Assembly: GCF_009914755.1 (NCBI RefSeq)
Contig: NC_060935.1
Length of the DNA stretch: 64,000 nt
Source: the human T2T-CHM13v2.0 reference genome, Homo sapiens
Direction: 5' to 3' (one strand)
Both the position numbers and the translations under genes were made by a program. The first letter of the stretch is position 1. Each line of letters begins with the position of its first letter. The notes under the pieces were generated by a model. It was not told the origin of the DNA. It worked only from the letters and a program-made list of their open reading frames with translations, and ran no database searches. Positions 17,672-31,480 of this stretch are shown here, piece by piece.

Positions 17672-20470
17672 ACAAGTGGAGTATCCCTTACTCTAAATGC
17701 ATGGAATGAGAAGTGTTTAAGATTAAGAATTTTTTTTTTTGGATTTTGGAGTATTTGCATATATATAATGAGATATCTTGGGAATGAGATGCAGATCTAA
17801 ACATAAAATTTATTTGTGTCATATACATATTATACCCATAACCTAAATATAATTTTTATAATATTTTTAATAATTTTGTATTTGAGACAAAGTTTGCATA
17901 CATTGAAGCCATCAGAAAGCAAAGGTGTCACTCTCTCAGCCACCCATGTGGACAATCTGTGGTTGTTTGGAATCATCATTATTCCTAACTGAATTTATAT
18001 GCTGCTGATTAAACAACCATTTTCTTAAATTCATTTACATTTAAGCACCTAACAGTAAAAAATATGACATACCATTAATACAGTGAAAAGTAACCTGTTC
18101 AGGATAACTCAGCAGCACAGCAGCATCACGAGAATACCTGTATCAGCTGTTAAACAATAAAGGCAGGCTCACAGTTTCTAACTACAATGCTGTGTTTTGA
18201 CTAAAAGGTTACTGTACACTGTATTTTATTTTTTTTCTTTTTTAGATGATACAAAAATCAGAAACATTTGAGATGCCAGAAAGTGGGCCCTTTAGTGATA
18301 AGGAGGCATTCTGCTTGATGGGTTTCTTAAATGTTTTCTCCACAGTCATCTACCTCATTAACAATGTTTTTTGTCTTAGTCTCTCTTTGTTTTCACAAGC
18401 TGACTTTTTTTTTATATTCTCTTAATGAACACTGCTCTAATCCTTCAATAAGCCCATTATACATTTTCACCATGTCATCTATAGGTATCTTTTCTGCAGT
18501 ATTGAAAGCATCATCTTTGTCATCACTATTATCACAATCACCTTGGTTCCAAACCATTTGGGTTATTTCACCATCAGTCAATGAATGAACAACTGGGGCC
18601 TTATTATGTATGTTAAAAACTACTTTGATATCTACTTCTTCCAGCTTATTCATGCACACTGAAGGTATACTTTTTCCATATGCAAGGAAGTCAGACATTA
18701 TTTTCTCACTTGACATAGAGAATTTTTCAAAGTCATCACTTTGTCCATCATTATCATTGAACAGTCACAGGCCAGAGATTGTGTCAGACACACACAGCCA
18801 TGTCTTTAGTTACTGTGTTTCAAGCAGTGGCAATAGCATGTATGGCATCCTTTATGCTGAACTGTTTTTGAAAATCTTCCACACCTACATTTCAGTTCAC
18901 TGTTGCTAGCATGTTCAAGAAAGTGTTTATATACTTATTCTTCATTGATGTAAGGATACTCTGATCACATGACTGAGGGCATCATCACATTTGGGATAAA
19001 ATACATGGCATAAATATTATTTTTGATGAGAATTTCAACTGGAGGATGAGCAGAACAGTTGTTAAGGAATAGTAAAATCTTTCAGTCATCATCCAGTCCA
19101 GCTTCCGTGCAGTAAGAATGAGCTGCTGGCACAAAATGTTTGTAAAACCAATCAGAAAAGATGTCCTTGGTGATCCATGCAATTTGACTAGCATCATAAT
19201 GGACTGGTAAGAAAGCCACTCCTTGAAAACAGAAAGAATGCAAGCTTTTGCCTATCACAGCAAGTTCCACTTACATGTGCTCCCTGCATTAGCATATCTC
19301 AGCTTAGTTATTCTGCACTTGGCATCCTTACTTTCTGCAGGGGCTGTTTTATCAACTATAGTCAGTGTATTTTTGGAGCAAAATTACCAAAATAATGTGT
19401 CATCAGCATTCTAAACTTGTTCTGGCATCAGCTTTTTATCAGCAATAGCCTTGGCAAACTCATCAATAAATTTATTCACTGCTTTGCGATCAGCAGATGT
19501 TATATCACCACAATTTTTTTTTTTTTTTTTTTTTTTGAGATGGAGTCTTGCTCTGTCACCCAGGCTGGAGTGCAGTGGCACAATCTCGGCTCTGCAGGAG
19601 CAGAGTGGCTCTCGCAAGCTCTGCCTCCCGGGTTCACACCATTCTCCTGCCTCAGCCTCCTGAGTAGCTGGGACTACAGGCATGCACCACCACGCCCGGC
19701 TAATTTTTTGTATTTTTAGTAGAGACGGGGTTTCACCATGTTAGCCAGGATGGTTTCAATATCCTGACCTCATGATCCGCCCACCTCAGCCTCCCAAAGT
19801 GCTGGGATTACAGGCGTGAGCCACCGCGCCCAGCCTATCACCACAAATTTTTTAAAAATGTAATATCCTGCCTTTTCTTAAATTTCTGCAAAGAGCTTAC
19901 ATATTCACAATTCCCATCAGTTTTCAGTTCATCATGATAGAATTTTGTTTAATGACGTGCATACCACTGAGTGGTATGTGTTCACTGCCATGCTGACAGA
20001 TCCACTCTTTCAATACACAATTGAGATCTTCATTTTTAGCTTTATGCAGTGTTTTTCTATTTTTCATTAACTTCTTTCTGTTCATCATTTTCAGCATAAA
20101 ATATCATTAGTTTATCTTTTAATTTTTTCAGGACATTTATGGTGGTCATTTCAACACGATACTCTTCTGTAATATATTTTACATTTATATTGTTATTTTC
20201 TCCAACAGCTTGAATTTCTGTGCTGTAGATAAGCATAAATGCATTATCTTCTTCTTAACATTGTTACTCTTAAGGTTATCTGCAGACCTTTTTCACATTT
20301 TCAACAATAACTTTACAAAGCAAAGAATATGCAAAATATACAGTGAGTAATGCATGTAGGTCTTGACTCCATGTAGGGAATCATGGGTACCCTGCCACTG
20401 GCACATCTAGCCTGCACACTTGCCATTTTATTACCCTTCGTGGACATGCTTGAGTGGGAAAATCTGGATG
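17672..20470 (-). mobile_element. Tigger4 (Zombi)-like DNA transposon with decayed transposase; one end missing
   Basis: Terminal 'gagtatccctta..aaatgc' next to TA; pogo-type transposase fragments in ORFs 18393-18716, 19082-19270 (AWITKDIFSDWFYKHFVP) and 19411-19683. Confidence 0.8.
19514..19835 (-). mobile_element. AluY-like inside Tigger4
   Basis: TSD tatcaccacaa at 19503-19513 and 19836-19846. Confidence 0.95.
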
Positions 20471-20505
20471 ATAGTTGTGCCATGCATATACAACTATATA
20501 ACTTT

Positions 20506-21255
20506 TGCAGTATTATTACATCTTAATCCTGGATCCCTGACACAAGGGCCTCTGAAGTCCTTGGAATCTTTAGAGGGACAGTAGAGTATTTTTGGGTGCT
20601 AATAAGGTGACTGATGGATTGGGTCTCCCAGAAATCCTCAGAAAGGAGGCTGTCACCAGAAAGGCCAAGACATGATTAGAGGGTTGGAACTTGGGTCAGC
20701 TCTACTCACCTGGCCTCTGAGGAGAGCTGGAAATAATCACCAATGGCTGATACTTTCATCAGTCATGCCTATATAATGAATCCTCCTTGGAAAACCCTAA
20801 ATGATAGGGGTTAGAGAACTTTTGCACTGATAAATGCATCTATGTGCCAGGAAGGTGGCATTTCCATAGAGGGCATGAAGAAAGCTCTGCTCAACACCTA
20901 TACCTTATCCTAGTATCTCTTCCATTTGCTTGCTTTTGAGTTGTCTTTTTTTTTTCTGGTTCATTAACAAGAAACAGTAAAGTGACTTCTTGAGTTCTGT
21001 GAGCTGCTCTAGAAAGTTAGCACACCTGAGAAGGGAGTTATAGGAACCCCTCATTTATAGCCAGTTGGTCAGAAATGTGGGAGGAGGAGGACTTGCAATT
21101 GGCATCTGAAGTGGGAGTAGACTTATGGGACTAAGCCCTTTTGCTTGGGTAATACAATGCTAACTCCAGATAGTTAGTGTCAGGATTGAATTGAATTACA
21201 GGAAAGGCAGTTAATGTCTGCAGAGTTGGAGAATCAGTTGGCATTAGAAAAAAAT
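20506..21255 (+). mobile_element. MER21-like solo LTR
   Basis: cctgacacaagggcctctgaagtccttggaatc; tcaccagaaaggccaagacatgattagagggttggaac; gagttctgtgagctgctctag. Confidence 0.75.
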
Positions 21256-21261
21256 AGAAAT

Positions 21262-21420
21262 CATACTTCATAATATGATTAATCCATTGCAAAACTCCTT
21301 TAATTCATATATTCATTTTGAAGCTTCCTCCCAGGCATGTACAAATCCTCACTATTTTTCTCTCTTCTTTAAGAATGACTACAATTGACTCATCTTTCAG
21401 AGTTGCACTCCCATCAAGTT
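21262..21420 (-). pseudogene. Relic AAA5 N-terminal segment abutting MER21
   Basis: VHAWEEASK*IYELKEFCNGLIIL (cf. 'IRAWxIAGLPxDxFSxxNGIII'). Confidence 0.6.
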
Positions 21421-21599
21421 TTTTTTTTACTTATTCTTATACGGATGTGCCATTTATTCATTTAATTCATGTTTTTCATTAAACATTTATGTATCAAGCT
21501 CAGATATGAAAGTTAAGAAGACAAAGAGGAATGTGACCCAGATCTTGCCGCAGAGAAAACACAACTAAATAGATATCTTAATAAAAATTAAACATGGTA

Positions 21600-21720
21600 A
21601 ATAGTTTGGTAACAAAGATTTCCTATTTGGCAGTCTGTTTTCCTTCTGAGTTGATATATGAGCCCCAACACACAGCTCCAATTATCAATGAAGTAACCCA
21701 ATATAAAAATATGTTGTTAT
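21600..21720 (-). pseudogene. Relic segment, end of stalk CC2
   Basis: Long pyrimidine tract then TTYFYIGLLH**..KENRLP (cf. 'xxYLGxF...IP'). Confidence 0.45.
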
Positions 21721-21852
21721 CTCAGACAATATAAAGAATAAAAATAAAAATATAGACGACTTCTTGCCACAATTTTATTACCACTAGCCTTAAACATTTA
21801 TTTTTGAGTAAGGGATGGTCTATAATTATCATCCCTTTAAAACCATACTCAA

Positions 21853-22660
21853 GTTCATAGTAGTACTACTTACAATAGTCAAAAAGTAGAAACAATGTAG
21901 GTGTTCACCAATGGATGAATGGATGAACAAATTTGGGTATGAATGAAGTACTGATTCATGCTACAACATGGATGAATCTTGAAAACATTATTTTAATTAA
22001 AATAAGCCAGACACATATTGTAGGATTTCATTTGTATGAAGTATCCAGAATAGCATCTTATTCTGTTTGGGCTGCTTTAAGAAAACAACATAAACTGGAT
22101 TGCTTATAAAAAATAGAAATTTATTTTCCACAGTTCTGGAGAATGGGAAGTCCATGATCAAGGCACTGGCAGATTCAGAGTCTGATGAGGACATGTTTCT
22201 TGATTCACAGACAGTGACTTTTTGCTGTCCTCACATAATGACAAGAAGAAGGTAGCCCTCTGGGGTCTCTTTCATTAGGGCATTTAATGGCTATCCTGAA
22301 GGTTTTACCTTCATGACCTAATCACCTCCCCAAGGCTGCTCTTCTTAATACCATCACTTTGTGGGTTAGGATTTCAACATGTGACCTATGCAGTTACACA
22401 AATATTCAGACAATAGCAAATAGGTAAACCCATAGAGTCAGAAAGCAGATTGATATTGCCAAGAGTGAGGAAATGTGAAGCAACTGCTTAATAGGTATGG
22501 GATATTATTTTGCAGTGATGAAAAGTTTCTGGAATTAGGTAGAGGTGGTGGTTGCACAAAATTGTGAATATATAAAATGCCACTGAGTTGCACACTTGAA
22601 ATGGTTGATTTTGTTTTATGTAAATCTAACATCAATTTTTAAAAGAAAAAAATAATAAAA
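21853..22660 (+). mobile_element. Old L1 (L1MB-like) 3' fragment interrupted by MLT1A
   Basis: L1 3'-end motifs (atggatgaatggat..., ctacaacatggatgaatcttgaaaacatt). Confidence 0.7.
22054..22418 (-). mobile_element. MLT1A-like solo LTR
   Basis: 365 bp MaLR LTR with 5-bp TSD aatag. Confidence 0.85.
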
Positions 22661-22722
22661 GACAAAGAAAACACCCAAGTAGGCTATTTCTTTTTTAAAG
22701 GGCCTGATACTCAAAAGATCAC

Positions 22723-22858
22723 CTGAAACAGCAATCCGTGCCAAGACTTTCAGTTCTCCTTTTCTTTAAGTGAAAGATTTGCAACTGTGAAATCCTTTAA
22801 CGAGAAGATTGATCATATCTTTGGTGACCCTCATTTCTTAGACTATACTGTCTGTTAA
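22723..22858 (-). pseudogene. Relic exon, stalk coiled coil 2
   Basis: tgtag|TTA...TCAG|gtgatc; translates LTDSIV*EMRVTKDMINLLVKGFHSCKSFT*RKGELKVLARIAVS. Confidence 0.5.
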
Positions 22859-23226
22859 CTACATTTTATCTATTATTGTCTAGGAAACAATTTATTCCTT
22901 TTAAATGACACAATAATTATATTTTAAATGACAGATGATAATTATTTTGTATTGATTAATTCATTCATCAGATTTTTAAAAATATATTAATAAATGTCCT
23001 AAGATTTAAACATAAAGTAGTTAATGAAAGAGAATCCTGCTTTCCCAGTGTTAATATCATATTGGAGAAATAAGAAAATAAGCAATAAGCAAATAAATCT
23101 CTTATTTTCAGAAAATTATCTATGCTATGAGAAAATTAAAAATGGATAATGGAAGAGAAGGTGTGTCAGATAATATTAAATAGGATGAACAGCCAGGACT
23201 CTCTGGGGAGATAATATGTGAGCAAC

Positions 23227-23584
23227 TATATTAGTCCATTTTCATGCGCTGATAAAGACATACCCGAGTCTGGAAAGAAAAAGAGGTTTAATGGAATTAT
23301 AGTTCCACATGGCTGGGGAGGCCTCACAATCATGGTGAAAGGCAATGACGAGCAAGTTACGTCTTACATGGATGGCAGCAGGCAAAGAGAGCTTGTTCAG
23401 GGAAACTCCTGTTTTTAAAACCATCAGATCTTGTAAGACTCATTCACTAACATGAAAACAGTGCAGGAAAGACCCACCCCCATAATTCAATCATCTCCCA
23501 CTGGGTTCCTCCCATGACATGTGGGAATTGTGGGAGTTACAATTCAAGATGAGATTTGGGTGAGGATACAGCCAAACCATATTA
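23227..23584 (-). mobile_element. THE1 (B/C-like) solo LTR inside an L2 remnant
   Basis: tattagtccattttcatg..gataaagacatacccgag...gccaaaccatat; 5-bp TSD gcaac. Confidence 0.9.
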
Positions 23585-23945
23585 GCAACTATGGGAATGA
23601 CTGGAAAAAGATATGTATAACCCAGTGGATGAGCAGTTCAGACAAGTAGGAAAGACAATGTAAGTATTCTGAGAGGAATGAACTTGGTAAGTTCTAGGAA
23701 TAGAAAGGAGTCCAGGATGACTAGAAGTAAGTGAAAGGAAAACATGGTAGAAGAGATGGAGGAAGAATAAACAGAAGCCAGGTTTACAGACCACGTATAA
23801 AGGGGTACTTTTACTGAAGTGTTAATCTTTACATGAAAACTGGATGCAGGGCTGTGAATTAATTACTAAGTCTTATGATTATTGTGTGTCCTGTAGGGCT
23901 AGAGAAAGAAATTCAATGAGACAAGAAATAATGTATTTTAAATAC

Positions 23946-24560
23946 CTGCTATGTGCAAAAGCATTGTTAGACTTATCATTGGCCTTCAATAAATACTTTA
24001 GAGGAGAAGCAAACTAAACTGATATAAATATCAAGGATTTTCTTCTTCCTTTATACAACTTTCTTTTATTGGACCCTACCTTTTTGGAGTGGAGATCTCA
24101 TACATTCTATTTAATTTTTCATCGTGAGATTCCATGCTACAGTTCAGTTAAACGTCGCAGGAACAACCATTTGATTGCTGTTGCTTTATTCAGACGTATT
24201 TCAGAGAATGAAAGTCAGTTCATTTAAGAGAGGAGCTGTTAAGTTTTGCACTGACTAAAAGGACTATTTTTGCTGAGTGGGTGCTCTTATCAGAAAGCTC
24301 AAGTCCTCTGTTTTCAGCCAGCACAAGGAGATGGTTATTAGATTTAGGGCCATTCTTATCAATTCTCTATTGCACATTTTACTCTCAAGCCACTTCACAA
24401 AAAAATCCCTATTTCAAATGCACAGTTAGTAAACACCAAAATACTCAGTACAAATGATCTATGTTGAATACAAGAAGGATAGCCTTTAAAGACAAATTAG
24501 CATTCTGGAAAAACACTGACTACGTCTCTGATTGGAGACCACTGGATCATTTCTTTAAAA
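23946..24560 (-). pseudogene. Relic exon, microtubule-binding domain/stalk
   Basis: tcttccccag acceptor and CAG|gtatt donor; FKEMIQW..PEC*FV[shift]KAILLVF and NKATAIKWL resemble MTBD helices. Confidence 0.5.
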
Positions 24561-25078
24561 CTGGGGAAGATCACATATTTATTTTTAAAAACAGAACATC
24601 ACAGTGTGTTTTCAAAATGGATTTTAAAGTGGCTGTGTGGGTGACTATCTTGACAGTTATGTTACTGATAAGAAATTGTCAGTTTGAGGTTTTATTTCAA
24701 TATAGGCAGATTCTTAATTTCTTTGCATTTGTGATTTAGGGAATCATATACCATCTGCAGAATTTAATTGTGTTCTTTTTTTTCACATGAAATGCGCTGC
24801 ATAACCCTTTGTTTATCGTGAAATAATTCAAACAGGAGGCAAGTTCATAGATTGAAGAGTTAAAGCCTATTTTATCTTCCACACAAGTCCCCTGCCAATC
24901 CTATTATCCTCTCCAATGGTAGCTATTACTTACAGTTAATGTTTCTTTCTAGACCTTTTTATATACATTCATATAAACATTGAAATGCACACTTGTGCAC
25001 ACACACACACACAAAAACAGCAGACACCCACACATGCACACCCACACACATACACGTCATTTTATGTTAATTTTTTTT

Positions 25079-25878
25079 TTGCATTTTTATTTTTATTTAT
25101 TTTTTATTTTTTTATTTTGTTTTAATTTTATTATTATTATACTTTAAGTTTTAGGGTACATGTGCACAAGGTGCAGGTTTGTTACATATGTATACATGTG
25201 CCATGTTGGTGTGCTGCACCCATTAACTCGTCATTTAGCATTAGGTATATCTCCTAATGCTATCCCTCCCCCCTCCCCCCACCCCACAACAGGCCCCGGT
25301 GTGTGATGTTCCCCTTCCTGTGTCCATGTGTTCTCATTGTTCAATTCCCACCTATGAGTGAGAACATACGGTGTTTGGTTTTTCGTCCTTGCGATAGTTT
25401 GCTGAGAATGATGGTTTCCAGCTTCATCCATGTCCCTACAAAGGACATGAACTCATCCTTTTTCATGGCTGCATAGTATTCCATGGTGTATATGTGCCAC
25501 ATTTTCTTAATCCAGTCTATCATTGTTGCACATTTGGCTTGGTTCCAAGTCTTTGCTATTGTGAATAGTGCCACAATAAACATACCTGTGCGTGTGTCTT
25601 TATAGCAGCATGATTTATAATCCTTTGGGTATATAGCCAGTAATGGGATGGCTGGGTCAAATGGTATTTCTAGTTCTAGATCCCTGAGGAATCGCCACAC
25701 TGACTTCCACAATGGTTGAACTAGTTTACAGTCCCACCAACAGCGTAAAATGTTCCTATTTCTCCACATCCTCTCCAGCACCTGTTGTTTCCTGACTTTT
25801 TAATGATAGCCATTCTAACTGGTGTGAGATGGTATCTCATTGTGGTTTTGATTTGCATGTCTCTGATGGCCAGTGATG
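25079..25878 (-). mobile_element. 5'-truncated L1PA4/5-like
   Basis: ORF2 C-terminus ORF 25341-25781, 3'UTR and T-rich tail; TSD ~atgttaatt(t/a)ttttt. Confidence 0.92.
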
Positions 25879-26559
25879 ATGTTAATTATTTTTAAATAAA
25901 AATTGGAAAGGTTGTCTGCTTTACTTAAAGCATATTGTACAGATCTGTCTATGAAAATCATTATAAAACTATCTCATTCTTTTGAATTTCTGCTTGAAAT
26001 TTCAGGTGTGATTATCCCATAATTTAATTTGGTAAAAAATTCATCTTCTATTGATAGACAGAAAAAATGTTTTAAATTTTTTCTTCTGAAAAAAAATCTT
26101 ACATCATGCCTTTACATAATTTTTCTTCCTAAATAAAATTTAAAACATTGAAGCCTCACCATAATCACACCACAAATATCATTATAAATATCCAAGTCAA
26201 TGGAAGCAAAATAATTTTATGACTCACACAAATTTTAAATAACAAATCTGAAAAACTATGTCATTCATTATTATTACATGTTTCAGTGTGAATTCTGTTT
26301 TGAAAATTCTGCATTTAGATTTTTTTCATAAATATGCTTATAAATACATTTTACTTACGTTTCATGGCTATAACTCGTACTTAAAACAGTGTGTACGTAT
26401 CATTTATGTGAGAATTATTTTGTGTCTGTTACTATAACATAATTTTAAATAGAAATATACATTACATTTTATAACTTTTATTAGTTATTTAAAATAGAGA
26501 AAATATTAAAAAATAAAAATGGTCTAAAATGGAACTTCCCAGGTTTTTTGGTTATTTTT

Positions 26560-29500
26560 CTAAATTCCATATAAAGAATACATTCAGACTACTAAAAAAA
26601 ATACATTCAGAAAAATCTAAGAAGATGAAAGACAAATGCAGTCTCCCCTCTTCCCCATCCCCAACTTCTGTGTCTACAACAGTCACCAATAAATGAAAGT
26701 TTTTGTTTATTTTTCAAGAGAAAACATATAATGGTATGTAAAATTCATTCATTCACACACATAAATTGTGTAAACATATGTGTGTATTTATGTACATAGT
26801 GTCCTTTTATTGATGCAACAAATTTCTTATAGAAAATTTTAAATTCTGCAGTGTATTATCTTTGAGCTTCTTCCAATAAGAGCAAGTATAGATGTACCTC
26901 ACATTTTGTTTTCAAATATTTCCATTTATCTAACTATAATAAATTGCACAGAGTTTAGTTGTAAGAGTTTAGTTGTAAGAGAACAACTAATTTTTACATA
27001 CATATCTATCCATGTAACTGCACATCAGATTTTCCATATCACACAAGATTGCTATCTAATTCTTACACATTCAAATATTTCCTCAAAAATTAGTCACACA
27101 TTTGACTTCCATGCAGGTAGATTGGTTTTGCCTTTATTGAACTCAATATACATAGTCGTGTAATATGTATCTTTTCATGTCTAGCATCTTTTTCTCAATA
27201 TTTTGTCTCTAAGATTCATACATAACTTACATGTCCCAGAAATTTGTTCTTTTAAAATTTTATGTATTATTATTCTGTTGTATAAACATACTACAATTTA
27301 TTTACACATTTAGTACTAATAAACATTAGGATTTGTCTTAGGTTATTCAAGCTGCTATATCAAAATACCTTAGACTTGGACATTTATTAACAACAGAAAT
27401 TAATTGCTTACAGCTCTGGAAAGCTGTCTGGGAAGTCCAAGATCAAGGTCCTAGCAGATTTAGTTTCTGGCAAGGGCTCTGCTTCAAAGATGGTGTCTTG
27501 ATTTTGTGTGCTCACATGGTAGAAGGGCAGAATGCTGTATCCTCACATGATGGAAGTGGGCAAGGGTTTTCCCTTCAACATCTTTTATAAAAGCACTAAT
27601 TCCATTCATGAAGGGAAAGCCCTCATGACTTAATCATTTCACAAAAGGCCCTGCCTCTTAATACCCCCACAATAGGGATTAGGTTTCAACATAAATTTTG
27701 AAGGGACACATTCAGATCATAACAAGGTTAAGTCCATTAATCAACTATTATAAATTAAACACATTTTAGCTTATTTGTTTAGGTCTTTCAATGAATATGA
27801 ACTCTAGTATTTGCTGCATATATTTCCAAGTGGAATTTCTGATTCATGGGATATATATATGCTTAGCTTGAGGAGATATGGGCAGTTTTCCAAAGTGGTT
27901 ATAAAAATTTACATTCACTGCAGCAGTGTATAGTGTTTTGTTACCAGTTTATAAATGTTTTGCTTATGCTGATCTCATAAAGATATTTTTCTCTGCTTTC
28001 TTGTATAATTTTATTGCTTTATATTTTCTATTTAGGTCTATGATGCTTCTACAATTAATACTTACAAAGTTGTAAGGTAGGTACCAAGGTTTTCTTTTTT
28101 TGTATGGATATCCAATTTGAACTGGCATCATGTAATCTTTCTTTACTGAATTTCAGAAGTATATTTATTATAAACCAGGTGACCATATATATGTGAGTCT
28201 GTTTCTGGGTTCTATTCCAATTAGTCTTTTTGTCTTTTACAGCATCATATCCGTACTATCTTAATTAAAATATCCTTGTAGTAATTATTGACACATGGTA
28301 GTGTAAGATGTCCAATTTGGTTTCCTTCTTCAAAACTGTCTTGGCTATTCTATTAAATTTGTTTTTATGTAAAGTTTAGAATTACATTAACAATATTCAA
28401 AACTTGCTGAAATTTTTATTATTACATTGAAACTAGAGATCAATGCATGGATAGTTTGCATAGTAAAAATTTGAAGCTTTTATTTATGAACATGGTATAG
28501 CTCACTATTTCTCTTTAAATTTTTTCCTCAATATTCCATAGTTTTTAACATAGAGATCTTGTACATCCTTTGATAGATCAATTCCTAGGTATCTGTTTCT
28601 TCTGATGCTACAGTAAATAATTTTGTTTTACTGTTAATACATTTGTTTTAATTATATCTTCTATTTATATTTTATTTTCTAATTAAAATTATCCAGTTTA
28701 TTCATTTGTGGATTTTTTTAAAGAACTTTTCATTTCATTCATTTTGTCTATTTTCTGTTGATTTACTATCCGATATTTACTACTTATTTATTTCTAAGTG
28801 TATTGGATTTGATTGGCTCTTCTGTTTTGTTGCTTCCTATGGTAAAAGTTCAAATTATTAATTTTAGGTCTGTCTTTCTAATTTTGTGTTTAAAGCTATA
28901 AATGTTCTACTAATCATTACGTTTGCATCCCATGAATTTAGAGATGTTGTGTTGTTTTTAATCAGTTGAAAATAATTTCCACATTTTTGTAATTTTTTTC
29001 TCTAACTCATGAGTTATTAAACAATGTGTTGTTCATGCTCTGCATCCTTGAGAATTTCCGTATTTCTTTCTCTTTTTATAATTTAACTTCATTGATTTTA
29101 AAGAACATTTTATTTTGATCCATTTAAATTTATAACCATTTGTTTTATGACTAACATATTATTTATCCTATCCTATGTATTCTTGAAAAAAACATACATT
29201 TTGCTGTTGTGGATGGAATATTCTAGTTATGTTAGTTAGGACTCTTTGATTGGTAGCATTGTACAAGTCTTCTACATCCTTACTGAGTGTCTAGTTTTAT
29301 AATTACTAAGAAAGGGGTATTTAAATCTTTATCTATAATTACTGATTTATTTATTCTTTTAATTCCATTAAATTATTAAATTATTCTGGAAATATAACAC
29401 TTACTGCAAAAAAATCTTCACAGCATAAGTCAGAAAAATATTTACTCTAAAACTAGCTGCTTTTCATAGGACTATAGAGTGGGGTTTCTGTTTCTTCCTC

Positions 29501-29960
29501 TTTCATTACTCCACCACAGGGAATGTGAGATGGGGAGGGAAAGAGCAGATGGCTGGGAAGATAAAGAAGGGGCAAAGGAGGGAAGAGACACAGAAAAAGG
29601 GGAGGTGGCAAATTTGAAGTAGAATGTTGATTGATGGAAAATATGTAGAATGCACAAGAATTGTTTTATGTTCCCAATATACTGATCTCTTTATTATTAT
29701 AAACTACCTGTTTCTAGTAACATTTCTTGCATTAAAACCTAATTTTTTAATATTAATACAGCTACTTCTAGTTTCTTCTAGTTACGATTTGTATGGTATA
29801 TCTTTTTCATTATTTTAGTTTCAATCTATTTCCATCTTTAAATCTGAAGTATTTCTCTTGTAGAGAAGATCTTGCAAAATGTTGTTTTTATTTATATATT
29901 TTTTATATTTACTCTGATAATCTTGAGTGAAATATTTAGTCTATTTGCAATGTAATTATT
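26560..29960 (-). mobile_element. Highly decayed L1M fragments
   Basis: T-rich antisense L1 ORF2 motifs; boundaries approximate. Confidence 0.55.
27336..27723 (-). mobile_element. MLT1A-like solo LTR
   Basis: tgtcttag..gctgctata..gggaagtccaagatcaagg..cacattcagatcataaca. Confidence 0.8.
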
Positions 29961-30069
29961 TGTATGTTTAGATTTTTCCCAATTTAATATTAAAATGATT
30001 TATAAAACACTCAAATCTTTTGAAAACTGCAAACTACTTTGAACAAAGATAGAATAGTCATCTACAATA

Positions 30070-30230
30070 TATGATGGCAAATTATAGCACATAAGCCAAA
30101 CCCTGCTTATCTCTTGTTTTGTAAATAAAGTTTTATGGGAACACAGCATTCATATTTGTTTACATATCATCTATGGCTGCTTATGTGTTACAAGAGCAAA
30201 GTTGAGAAATTGCTAGAAGGCCATATGGTA
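30070..30230. mobile_element. MER58-like hAT fragment
   Basis: gttttgtaaataaagttttatgggaacacagc...ctatggctgc. Confidence 0.7.
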
Positions 30231-30638
30231 CTGTTTTATAAAATCAAACTGAAGAATTCTCTCAGAATAGTCACATAAAATGTAAATAGACATATAGATG
30301 AATGCACATAAAAGGGATAAAATAGCAGGTAGAATCAAGAAATTAAGACATAGTTTTATAAAATTCTGAAAAGAGATAAGTCCTGTAACTGGGAAAAGGA
30401 GATATGTAACCAGTGACCAAAATTTTCACAGATAATCTGAAAGTTAGTCCCAAGATTGAAAAAATAAAAGGCTAATGCTGGACTGAGCAGTAAGAGATAA
30501 AAGCAAATTTTTAAAAAACAACTTCTAGGAATATTTTTGATACATAATAAAGAGACTATTATTATTTACTGAATAGTAGAATGCTTAAAACATATTGTCT
30601 ACTTTACTCACTGAATAAAGGTTTTTATTACCGTTCAC

Positions 30639-30869
30639 CTATTTTTTATTTTGTCTTTCAATATGTATTCTGAGTGATGCTTTTCTGTTGTAATTTACTT
30701 TTAGATTTTACTATTCTGAGGGATGCTTTTCTGTTATAATTTACTTTTAAGTTTAAGCATTTATTTCCAAAGCACTGATATTCAAGGGAGACATTCTGGA
30801 GCAATGATTCTATGTCTTTGCTTAAAATTCTTTCATCAACAATTTTGGCTTAATAGAAAAATATGTGAA
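30639..30869 (-). pseudogene. Relic segment, stalk coiled coil 1, containing a 46-bp-period tandem duplication
   Basis: Strong acceptor tttctttctgttccag; translates ILSKDIESLLQNVSLE. Confidence 0.55.
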
Positions 30870-30944
30870 CTGGAACAGAAAGAAAAAAATATAAGGAACA
30901 AGGAAAGAAATTGAGGGTTAATAGTGGTCAGCAAATTAAAGCTT

Positions 30945-31480
30945 GTCATGTGATGAGTACATAAAGTGCAATCAGCAAAGCTGAACTAAAGGAATGTAAT
31001 TTTAGGTATGTTATCAACATATCAATAAGTAGATGATGGGTATAAAAACATTGTACTGTGTAATCAAAAAAGCAAAGCACTCTGTTTTAACTCCACTTTC
31101 CTTTCAAGACTTTAGGATATAAGAAACCTTCCCAGAGAGGAAAGAAATGGTTGCTCCCACCTCAACCTTTTCAAAGGTTCATTTATATTGATAAATGATA
31201 TGCTAGTATACATTTCATGCTACAAACCAGATATATAAATACAATTATTTTCCCCTATAATAAAATATTCTTTCCGTTTTAAGCCCCAATTCCAGCAGGG
31301 TTTGGCAATTTAAGCGCGGCCAATTCAGGAACTCAATGATTTGAGAATTTCCCTTCCTCTTACCCTGCATTTTTGTCTGGAGCCACTTGGACCATTTGAT
31401 TGCTAAGGCATTGGGTAGAGAAGTAGTTATATGGTCATTAGTCATTGCCTTTTACTCAAGCTGAAGTATACTGAGATAAG
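30945..31480 (-). pseudogene. Relic AAA4 C-terminal/lid segments
   Basis: TSLPNALAIKWSKW (cf. 'PSLINCCTIDWFxxW') at ~31385-31425, and FYTHHLLIDMLITYLKL (cf. 'YVTPTSYLELIxTFxxL') at ~30998-31048. Confidence 0.7.
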
